Part shown: piece by piece, positions 54,421 to 64,000 of the stretch
How positions within the stretch are numbered: position 1 is the stretch's first letter
Layout: every line of letters starts with the position of its first letter
Assembly: GCF_036321535.1 (NCBI RefSeq)
Contig: NC_087437.1
Location: 118,918,001 to 118,982,000, forward strand
DNA length: 64,000 bases
Origin: Camelus dromedarius
Taxonomy: Eukaryota
Direction: 5' to 3'
Program-made: the position numbers and the translations under genes
The notes under the pieces: model-generated
What the model saw: only the letters and a program-made list of their open reading frames with translations
What the model was told of the DNA's origin: nothing
The model's database searches: none

Positions 54421-55553
54421 TTACAGGGAGTAGCTGGAAGTGGTTCTTAGAACACAGGTTCCCTCCGGGGAAGTGCTGGACGGCCAGCCAGGTTGCTGGA
54501 GCCGCCCGGAGTTGACCTGTGCTACGTTGCAGGAGTCAAGCATTGAATGTCTGCAAGCTGGCTGTTACACTGCTGACAACTTCTCATCAGACATAGTCAA
54601 GATGCTGCAGGCGGAGGACTGGCTCCGGTTCAGGAACTAGGCAAGAGGTCAGATTTCTATCGAGGCGATTGCCCTCCCCTTCCTGATTGACAAGCTTTGA
54701 CTTCTGTTATTTTAGGGTTTGGGAGAAGGTGTTTTGTTTTGTTTTGACAGATTTTGAAGGACATGCAGTGATGGGCTAGTAAACCGGCTTTCCAAAAAAA
54801 GGTCGTGGTTTGCGGTGTTTGCCCATTTCCTTGATGTAAATGCTCCCACCCCAGAAGGAAGACTCCTACAGTCAAGACACAAGTATGTGGTAATAGCCAC
54901 CCCAGCCCTTCCCCCCAGGCACTGACTCATGCAGCAGCTCACTGAGGAAGGGAACTGCCCCAGCATCTCAAGGACTGCTGAGCACAGAGTTCAAGTCCTG
55001 AAACACCATTATGGGCTCCCTGTCAACATGGGGAAGGTATTTAGTGTAGCCAACACTCAGCCCAGAGTGAGTCCACTGGGCCCACAGACCATCCCAGTGG
55101 TCATTCCTGTGTCCCTGGATGTATAGTGGGAATGGATGTCCTTGGTGTTTAAAAGACCCCTCACATTGATTTCTAGGCTTTGGAAGGAATGATCATATTA
55201 AGAGAGGTGGAGGTGAAGCCTCTGAATCTGCTTTCCCCCTCCCTCCCCCACCACAGGTCAAGATACTGACTCAAAATCAGCCTTGCAACCTGGGAATAAT
55301 GACTGAAATTAGTGCTGCTTTAAAGACCAGGAGGATGTGGGGGTGGTTCCCATAACACCTCCTTTCACCAGTGCGGCCCCTGAAACACCCAGACAGATCC
55401 TGAAAATGACAGTGAACTACTGCAAACTCAGCCAAGGAGCAGCCCCAGCTGCAGCTGCTGTGACAGACGTGCCTTATTTGCTGGAGCAGCCTCACCCAGG
55501 ACTCACCCAGGATTCAATGCACAGTAAACACCTGCCGATTTGGTGAGCGCATG

Positions 55554-56024
55554 TGTAAATGAGAAATACTGCAGCCGGATCAGTAAACAAAGGATGTGGT
55601 GGCCATCAAGTCATCAGACACTGCAGCCACCGCTGACTGTGAGTCTGGCCTCTGCAGCCACCCCCAGCAGTGCACCCTGGGGAACTCAGGGTGGAAAAGA
55701 ACAGGACACTGGCCCTAGACAGCTAAGGTGCTCATCAAAGGAGTGATTTCAGTGAGCCCAGACTTTTGCACCTTCTCACGTCTCGAAAGCGCTAAATTCC
55801 TTCACTTGAGAGGTCTGGCTTTCTTTAATTAACAATTATCTTTTGATGTTCCAACTATTTGGTCTTTGTTGCAAAAACTCTTATACATCCTGGCTCCTCC
55901 TTTGCCTCTTTGGAGCAGTCTATTATAGTGATCTGAGAGGTCAATTTTGGGGCTCGAGTTCTCAGAAAATCTGCTGAATAAAACATAACTCTCAACTTCT
56001 GGTTGTGCCTTTTTTTAGTCGACA
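55554..56024 (+). mobile_element. ERV1-type solo LTR (same family as 32332-32779, opposite orientation)
   Basis: Reverse-complement colinear with 32332-32779, TG...CA termini, AATAAA at 55977-55982. Confidence 0.88.
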
Positions 56025-56091
56025 TATACTTTTCCATCCCTATCATAGGAGAGGATCGTAAAGAGTTCACATCCATATCAAACAAGCGAAG

Positions 56092-56139
56092 GAGACACAA
56101 CATTGTAAAATGATTATAAATCAATAAAAAATAAAAAAA
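56092..56139 (+). mobile_element. Extremely 5'-truncated L1 3' end
   Basis: 'acaacattgtaaaatgattataaatcaataaaaaa' plus A tail, with a perfect TSD AAACAAGCGAAG (56080-56091 and 56140-56151). Confidence 0.85.
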
Positions 56140-57324
56140 AAACAAGCGAAGCTATATATTTATAGCTGACATAACATATCAAAACAGATCTGAACCATCA
56201 AGACCTCTTGCAGAACGCCACCCTGGTCCCCTGGATCGTTACTGTCAGACTACTGGACCCTCATGAGCAAGAAGTGGCTAGTATGTTGGGAGCTTTGGTA
56301 AGACACATGTGTTCCAGAGTACTGGAGATAAACTCTTCAGAGATTCAGAAAGCAGCCACAGAAGTAAAATGTTCAAGAGTCCAGTATTCTGGGGCATGCT
56401 AGGACACCCCCTTCAAGGTAAAGGGTAAATTACCGTGTCTTGTATTTTTCACCACTAAGAAGGAAGTGCAGTGCCTGACAGGCAGCACTGTATGATGAAG
56501 ATAACACATATTCTATACCTGGAAACATGAATTTGACCCACATATGAGGTAACGCAAAGACTGTCAGCTTTGAGTAAAGCCTTAAAAAAAGGAGTCTGCA
56601 GCAAGTTCAAGTCCAGAGCGAGCTGGCCCTGCTGGGCCAGCAGACTGTATGGTATTGAAACTATCAGTGGTAGGAAAAGATACTATATGGATTCGTGACA
56701 AGGTCCAGTGGTAGGCTCACAATTCAGGACACTGGGGTTCCAGAGCAAGGCCATGCCACCTGCAGTAGGGGGGAATATACCTTTTGAAAAGCAGGTCCTC
56801 ATCTCTGATAGAAACAGAATATCTGAGCACCATGCACCAAAACTGCCCATGCTGAGCTGTGTTCTGTCAGACCCACCAAATCATAAGGTTGGGAGGATCC
56901 AGCAGCAGCCCATGGTTAGACTGAGGCCAGGGGATCCACGCAAGTTGCATGAACAGGTAGCTTAGACCCCAATGGCTCCTACCATTGCTGTACCAGCAGC
57001 TTTCCCTCAACTATAATCATATGGAAGATCTTTTACAATCAGATTTTGGAGAGGGCAAAAGCACAAGCTTGGTTTATAAATAGTAGGCTTGGCAGGTGGG
57101 GCAGTGCTCCTAAGGGATTGCCTGGAAAGAGTGATCAGGAAAATCCTCCCAATGAGCAGAACTTTGGGAGGTACAGATGGTCTGAGGGTAGAGTGCACAT
57201 AGATTAATAGGCAGTGGCAAATGGCTCGGAAGGAGAAAGATGGGAAGATTGGCAGCTAGGAAGTCTTGGGAACAGCCATGTGGATGGACAGGTGGGAGTG
57301 GACACAAAGAGTAAATATCTTTGT

Positions 57325-58100
57325 ATCACCTACTATGTCTGTTCTGATTTTCTGCCTGTGGACCTGTGCATTTTGATGGAAGGATGTTGAATCCTCAGCT
57401 CTGATAGTGGGTTCATCTATTTCTCTTTGCCATTCTATCCATTTTTGTCTCACATGTTTTGATGCTCTGTTGCTAGGAGCTCATATGCTAATAATTGCTA
57501 TATACACTTGGAGAGATGGCCTTTTTATCATTATGTAATATCCTTCTTTATTTTTGATAGCTTTCCTTACTTTGAAATCTGATTTCTTTGAAGTTATTAT
57601 AGCTAATCTTGCTTTCTTTTGATTAGCAGTAACATGGTATGTCTTTCTCCGTCCATTTCCTTTTATTCTATGTGTGGTTTTATATTTAAAATGAGATTCT
57701 GGTAGATAACACAGAGTTGGCTCTTATTTTTTGCTGCACTCTGACAATTGGTCTTTCAATTGGTGCATTTAGACCACTGATGTGCCAAGTGATTTTTGAT
57801 GTAGTTGGATTAATGTCTTATTTGTTAATATTTTCCATTTATTGCCCTTGTTCTTTGATTTTATTTTTATCTTCCACTCTTTTCCTGCCTTTTGTGGTTT
57901 TAACTGAGCATTTTATATGATTCCTTTTTCTCTTCTTTGTTAGCATATTGGTTACACTTCTTCTCCTCCCCCCTTTTTAGTGGTTATCGTAGAGTTTGCA
58001 ATATACATTTATAGTTAATCCAAGTTCACTTTCAAATAACACTACACTAACTCACAGGTAGTGTTAATACCTTATAATAACAAAGTAATTTTAATTCCAC
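57325..58100 (-). mobile_element. L1 fragment (inter-ORF region / ORF2 endonuclease)
   Basis: Peptide MRQKWIEWQREIDEPTIRAED is endonuclease-like; T-rich on the plus strand. Confidence 0.75.
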
Positions 58101-58139
58101 CCTCCTGTCAATGCCCTCAAAATTGTGCTTGCCAAGAGT

Positions 58140-59400
58140 GATGTCAGAAAAAACATAGGAAATAGAGAAATCTAAGGGCCCACTCCTTCACAGAAACACT
58201 GAGGAAATTAGCAAAACTATTAGAATCATCTTTATCTGAACTCCAGAAAACAGTCAAATGTTTACAACAACCAAAGAATTCTTCATCAAGAAAAAACAAA
58301 CTGCAGCAAAATAGAAGAACTTAAATGTTTAGAAAAGTCACTATAAATAAATTACAAGCTACAACAATCAGCAACAACAAATGAGAGGGAGGGAGGAGAA
58401 TCTGATATCCAGAATTATTACATTATAATATTCAAAATGTCCATTTTTCAACAAAAATTATGAAACATGCAAAGAAGGAAGAAAATATGGCCCATTCACA
58501 GGGTAAAAAAAGCAATTAGTAGAATACATTTTTGAGGAAACCTAGGAATTGGGCTTACTAGACAAAACTCTCTCAATATAGTCTCTGAGTTAAAAAAAAA
58601 AACTGTGAACAAAGAACTAAGGGAAACCAAGAGAATAATCTCTCACCAAATAAGGAATATCAATAAAGAAAAATATAAAAAGGAACCAAATAGAAATTCC
58701 AGAGTTGAAAAGTACAATAAGTGAAACGAAAACTTCTCTAGAGGGGCTCAATAGCACATTTAAGCAGGCGAAAGAGAGAATTAGTGAACGTGACACTAGG
58801 TCAACTGAAATATTCCAGCCTGAGGAGTAGATGGGGGAAAAAAGAATGAAGATAAATAAACAGAACTTAAGAGACCTGTGGACAGAGTCAAGCACACCAG
58901 CATACACTTAATAGGAGTCCCAGAAGTAGAGAAGAGAGAGGAAGGAGCAGAAAAAATATATGAAGGACTAATGGCCAAAAGCTTCCCACACTTGAAGAAA
59001 GCTATGCACCCACACATCCAAGAAGCTCAATGAACTCCAAGTAGAATAAACTTGAAAATATCCACACTGAAACACATTATAACTAAATTATTCAAAGACA
59101 GAAAGCAGCAAAAGAGAAAGTTAACAGCCAATTTCTCATCAGAAACTGTGAGACCAGAAGGAGTAGGATGCCATGTTTAAAATGTTGAAAGGAAACACTG
59201 TCAACCAAAAAGTCTGTACCCTACAAATGCATTCTTCAGAAATGAAGGCAAAATTAAGACATTTCCAAATAAATAAAAATCAAAAGAGTTCATCGCTAGC
59301 AGACCTGCCCTACAAGAAACGATAATTCAGGCTGAAATCAAAAGGCACTAAACAGTAGCTTGAAGCCGTATGAAGAAGTAACACCAGGAAAGTCGACAGT
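58140..59400 (+). mobile_element. L1 5'/ORF1 fragment
   Basis: 'aaatagaaattccagagttgaaaagtacaata', 'catccaagaagctcaatgaactccaagtag', 'agcagacctgccctacaagaaa'. Confidence 0.8.
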
Positions 59401-59480
59401 TCGGGTAGTTTGCGAGTTTACATGTATTTCTCCATTGTATCTAGCTTTTCTAATGTTTTGATGTATACTAGTCTCACAGA

Positions 59481-59659
59481 CAGTTGATCCTTGAACAATG
59501 TAGGCTTGAACTGCGTGGGTCCACTTATACACAGATAGTTTTCAACAGTAAATGAAACAGAACTACTTGATGCATGGTTGTTTGAATCCACAGATGCAGA
59601 GAAACCACAGAAATAGAAGGCCATGTGGATTAACCGCTGTGTTGTTCAAGGGGCAACTG
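59481..59659. mobile_element. Tigger2/MER8-like MITE
   Basis: Terminal inverted repeats CAGTTGATCCTTGAACAA ... TTGTTCAAGGGGCAACTG. Confidence 0.8.
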
Positions 59660-61447
59660 TGATCGTTTTTATTTATGTAAGGTCAGCAGAGATGTACCTG
59701 TTTTTGTTTCTGATTTTAGTAGTTTTGAGACTTCTCTTTTTTCCTTAGTCAGTCTAGCCAAAGTTTTGTCAATTTTGTAGCTCTTTTCAGGAACCAAATT
59801 TTGGTTCACTGATTGATTTCTAGGGTTTCACTATTGATTTTCTAGTCTCAGTTTCATTAATCTGTGTTCCAACATTTATTTCCTCCTTTTTGTTACCTCT
59901 GGCTTTAGTCTGCTTTCCTTTTTCTGATTCCTTAAGGTGTAAAGTTAGGTTATTGATTTAAATCTTTTTTCTTTTTAAATTAAGTGTTGATAGTTATAAA
60001 TTTCCCTGTGAGCATTGTTTTTGCAATGTCTCATAAGCATTGGTTTGTTGTGTTTTCACTTTTATTCATCTCAAAGTATTTTCTAATTTCCCTTGTGATT
60101 TATTCTTTGATCTATTTGTTGTTTAAATGTGTGTTGTTTAACTTCTACCTATTTATGAATTTTCCAGTTTTTCTTTCTTTCTGTTTTTTCAGGCACAGCT
60201 CTAAGTACTTTTTTTTTATTTTTAAGCTTTTTTATTGAGTTATTTTTCCAGTTTTTGTTGTGTTATTGATTCCTAGTTTCTTTCCATTGTAATCAGAGAA
60301 GATATTTTCGTGTGATTTCAGTCTTTTTAAATGGCTTGAGGTTTGTTTCGTGGCCTAACATATGATCTAATCTGGAGAATGTCCCATGTGGACTTGAGAC
60401 AAATGCGTGTTCTGCTGTTGTTGAGCTGAGCGTTTCGTATACGCCTGTTAGGTCTGGCTGGTTTGCAGCATTCTTCAAGCCCTCTATGCCATTGCTGATC
60501 TTTGGTCTAGTTGTATTACTTCGTTTTTTATTAGTGGAGATGCCTTTTTAAAGTCTGCAACTGTTATTGTAATACTGCAGCTGTCTATTTCTTTCTTCAA
60601 TTCTGTAATTTTTGCTTCATATATTTTGAGGGTCTGATGCTAGGTGCATATGTATTTATAATTGTCATAGCTTCTTGGTAAATTGATCTTTTATCAATAT
60701 TTAGTGCCCTTATTTGTCTTTTACAATAATATTTGACTCCAAGTCTATTTTGTCTGATTTTATTATAGCCATCTAGCTTTCTTTCAGCTACTTTTGCACA
60801 AAGTATATCTTTTTCATCCTTTCACTTTCAATCTGTTTGTATCTTTGGATCTAAAGTGAGTGAACCGACTCAAGAAGAAACAGGTAATCTGAACACATAT
60901 AAAACAGGTGATGAGATTACATCAGCAGTCAAAACCCTCCCCCAAAAGAAAAGCCCAGGACCAGGAAGTTTCAAGCTGAATTCTACTGAACATCTATAGA
61001 AAAATTAGCATCAAGTTTTCCAAAAAAAAAAAAAAAAAAAATAGAAGATGAGGGAACACTTTCTAGCTCATTCTGTTAAGTCAGCATTATCCTGATATCA
61101 AAGCTAGAGACAAAGACAACAAAAGAAAACTATAGACTAATATTCCTTAGAGATGAAGATTTTTTAAAACCTCAACGAAATACAATCAAACCAAATACAG
61201 CAGCAAATTAAAAGGATTATACACCACAACCAAGTGGGATTTATCCTAGGAACACAAGAGTAATTCAATATATGAAAACCAATCAGTATAATGTACCACA
61301 TTAACAGAACTGAAAGGGAAAAAAACACATGATCATCTCAATTGATGCAGAAAAAGCATTTGACAAAAGCTGACAATATTTTATCATAAAAACACTCAAC
61401 GAACTAGGACTAGAATGGAAGTTCTTCAGTATAACATAGGGCATTAC

Positions 61448-61480
<33 letters not shown>

Positions 61481-62390
61481 GGAAAGAAACCACAGCTAAC
61501 ACCATATTCAAAAGTGAAAGACTGAAAACTTTCCCCTTACAATCAAGAGTAAGACAAGGATGCCTACTTTCACCATTTCTATTAAACATTATACTAGAAG
61601 GTCTTGCCAAAGCAATTAGGCAAGAAAAAGAAATAAAAGACATCCAAATTGTGAAAGGAAGAAATAAGACTTAGCACAGAGCTACAGTCATCAAAACAGT
61701 GGTAATGGCATAAAGGTAGACATATAGATTGATGGAATAAAATTGAGGGTCTAGAAATAAACCTACATGTCTTTGGTCAACTGATTTTCAACAAGGGTGT
61801 CAAGACAATTCAATGGGAAAAGAATAGTCTCTTTAAAAGTGACTTTGAGAGAACTGGATAGTCGTATGCAAAAGAATGAAGTCAAACCCTACCTCACACC
61901 ATGTACAAAATTTAACTCAAAATGGATCAAAGACCTGGCTATAATAGATAAAGCTATAACACTAACACTATTAGAAGAAAACATAGGGGTAAATCTGCAT
62001 GACCTTAGATCTGGCAATAATTTTTTCGATACAAGCCCAAAAGGACAAGCAACAACAAAAAATATAGATAAATTAGAATTCATTAAAACTAAAAAATTCT
62101 ATATATCAAAGGACAGTATCAAGAGAGTAAAATAGAAAGCCACAGAACGAGGGGAAATATTTGCAAATCATAATTCTGATAAGGGCCTTGTATCCAGAAT
62201 ACATAAAGAATTCCTGTAATTCATCAACAAAAAGACGAACAGCCCAATTTAAAATGGACAAAGCACTTCGATAGACATTTCTCCAAAGAAGACATACAGC
62301 CAACAAACACATAAAAGGATGACTGTACCAAATGCCACTGCACTGAACACTTTCAAATGGTTAAAACGGTAACTTTAATATTGTACATTA
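59660..62390. mobile_element. L1 ORF2 element with an inverted 5' part (minus 59660-60860, plus 60861-62390)
   Basis: The minus part has endonuclease peptide SSPHGTFSRLDHMLGH. The plus part has RT and C-terminal motifs (PYLTPCTKFNSKWIKDL). Confidence 0.85.
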
Positions 62391-63225
62391 TCACACACAC
62401 ACACGCCTGCTAACGATTTCTAAGAGCAAGACCCCCACTCACAGCAGCACAGGGCGTTACCGGCGCTGAAAACCTTGCTTGGTGTTACAGGTGGAACATT
62501 TATGTTTTAATCTGAGAAGCTTTAATTTTTAATGAAATCGAGTAGCTTTTTATATGCTAATTGGGGATCTGAACTGAGGATGTATTTGATGCTTTTGTAT
62601 CTCGCCCTGTTTTAAAGACTCTTTGATTTTATATTGCGATATTTTCTGGCAGTTCAATATCTCCAATTTGCACATCAAAAAGATTCCTTTTGGGTTCTGA
62701 CTGAAATCACATCAGTGCTGGATTGACCCAGGGGAAGTGGAGACTCTACAGCCCTGAGTTTCTTGCCCACAGCTCTCTCGGGTCCCAGTGGACATACGAG
62801 GTGTGTGTCCATTGGTCAGGTTTACTATTTTGTTCCCAACTTATCTTCTTAACTTTCTTCTTAGGTGCTTTGTAGTTTGGCTGCCACAGCTCTGGGCACC
62901 TCTCCCCGTCAGGGTGTCACACAGGCGCAGGCGGTGTTGGGGAGGGGCTGATAGTGGCCGGGAGCGTGTCTCACGCCCAGCCCCTCCATGAACATGACAC
63001 TTGGCAGAAACTTGCCTCATATGTTCTCTACAAGTTTTCTGGAGCCAAAGAACAGATGGGAAAACAGATTCTTGCAAAATATTCACGTGTTGAGTGAGTA
63101 AAACCTAATTGTAGAAAACACACCAGCACTAAACAGGGTCCCGTGCGCCCAGCTCCAAACATCAACACGGAAGGGAGGGCGTGGGAGCCTCCTCCCGCTG
63201 GGGCAACGCGCACACCCGGGAGGGG

Positions 63226-63232
63226 TATAAAA
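63226..63232 (+). promoter_or_regulatory. TATA box of the KRTAP10 gene
   Basis: GGGTATAAAAG, 88 nt upstream of the ATG, followed by the CA-rich short 5'UTR typical of KRTAP genes. Confidence 0.85.
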
Positions 63233-63313
63233 GCTGACAGCCCCAGCACCTCACACTCACACACACACTCACACACTCACACTCACACCCTCCTCCAGCC
63301 TCACACCCCAACC

Positions 63314-63946
63314 ATGGCTGCTTCCGCCCTGTCCACCTGCTCCAGCGACCTGAGCTACGGCAGCCGGGTCTGCCTGCCCGGTTCCTGTGACTCCTGCACC
63401 GGCTCCTCCTGGCAGGTGGACGACTGCCCAGAGAGCTGCTGTGAGCCCCGCTGCTGCGAGCCCCGCTGCCTGACCCTCCTCTGCGCCCCAGTGAGCTGTG
63501 AGCCCAGCCCCTGCTGCCAGCTGACCTGTGAGCCCAGCACCTGCCAATCAGGCTGCACCAGCTCCTGCACAGCCTTGTGCTGCCCGCAGTCTAGCTGCCA
63601 GCCCTCCTGCTGCACCTCCTCCCCCTGCCAGCAGGACTGCTGTGCGCCCCTCTGCTGCAGGCCTGTGTGCTGCAGGCCCGTGTGCTGCACACCTGTCTCC
63701 TGCAGGCCTGTGTGCTGCACGCCCGTGTGCTGCAGGCCCGTGTGCTGTGAGCCCACCCCCTGCCCCTCGTCCTGCTGCAGACCCTCCTCCTGTGTGTCCC
63801 TGCTCTGCCGCCCTGTGTGCAGACCCGCCTGCTGTGCCCCCGCCCCCTCCTGCCAGCCCAGCTGCTGCCGCCCGGCCTCCTGCGTGTCCCTGCTCTGCCA
63901 CCCCAGGTGCTCCCGCTCGGCCTGCTGTGTCTCCGACTCAGCCTAG
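63314..63946 (+). CDS. KRTAP10: Keratin-associated protein 10 family member, high-sulfur, 210 aa, single exon
   Basis: ACCATGG Kozak context. N-terminus MAASALSTCSSDLSYGSRVCLPGSCDSC..SWQVDDCPESCCEP is typical of KRTAP10. It has CCRPV/CCTPV pentapeptides and SCVSLLCRP C-terminal repeats, with an intact frame to TAG. The paralogue number cannot be assigned. Confidence 0.95.
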   Translation: MAASALSTCSSDLSYGSRVCLPGSCDSCTGSSWQVDDCPESCCEPRCCEPRCLTLLCAPVSCEPSPCCQLTCEPSTCQSGCTSSCTALCCPQSSCQPSCCTSSPCQQDCCAPLCCRPVCCRPVCCTPVSCRPVCCTPVCCRPVCCEPTPCPSSCCRPSSCVSLLCRPVCRPACCAPAPSCQPSCCRPASCVSLLCHPRCSRSACCVSDSA

Positions 63947-64000
63947 AAGTCCAGCTGCTGACTGGCTATACTGCCGGCCTCTCTCCAGCTTCTGGCTTTG

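Larger units (their letters stand above)
54950..57320 (+). mobile_element. Decayed ERVL internal region (protease/RT/RNase H), interrupted by an LTR and a mini-L1
   Basis: Peptides KMTVNYCKLSQGAAPAAAAVTDVPYLLEQ, EQEVASMLGALVRHMCSRVLEINSSEIQ and RTLGFQSKAMP resemble ERVL pol. Many stops and frameshifts. Confidence 0.85.

Noticed and set aside
63143..63313. 57-codon N-terminal extension of the KRTAP10 ORF in the track
   Set aside because: It starts at a non-ATG codon upstream of the TATA box. The real start is ATG 63314.
63355..63901. Antisense ORFs with QHTG repeats
   Set aside because: They are shadows of the Cys-rich repeats on the opposite strand.

Overview
This is mammalian genomic DNA, most likely camelid (two Vic-1-type tRNA-derived SINEs). 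The left end holds the 5' end of TMPRSS2 on the minus strand: CpG-island promoter, non-coding exon 1 (~9870-9782), an 8.0 kb intron 1, and a 71-nt exon 2 (1743-1673) carrying the start codon (MALNS). The next ~53 kb upstream has no recognisable genes. It is rich in repeats: L1 fragments, MLT1/MaLR LTRs, related ERV1-type solo LTRs, a decayed ERVL pol, and hAT and Tigger relics. An intact single-exon KRTAP10-family gene with a TATA box lies at 63314-63946 (+). The most notable point is that KRTAP10 gene sitting ~53 kb from TMPRSS2; in human the KRTAP10 cluster lies megabases away inside TSPEAR. Almost all ORFs in the supplied track are chance or repeat-derived. I found no convincing novel biological system. 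Gene and repeat names come from recalled sequence similarity, not database searches, and repeat boundaries are approximate unless a TSD is given.
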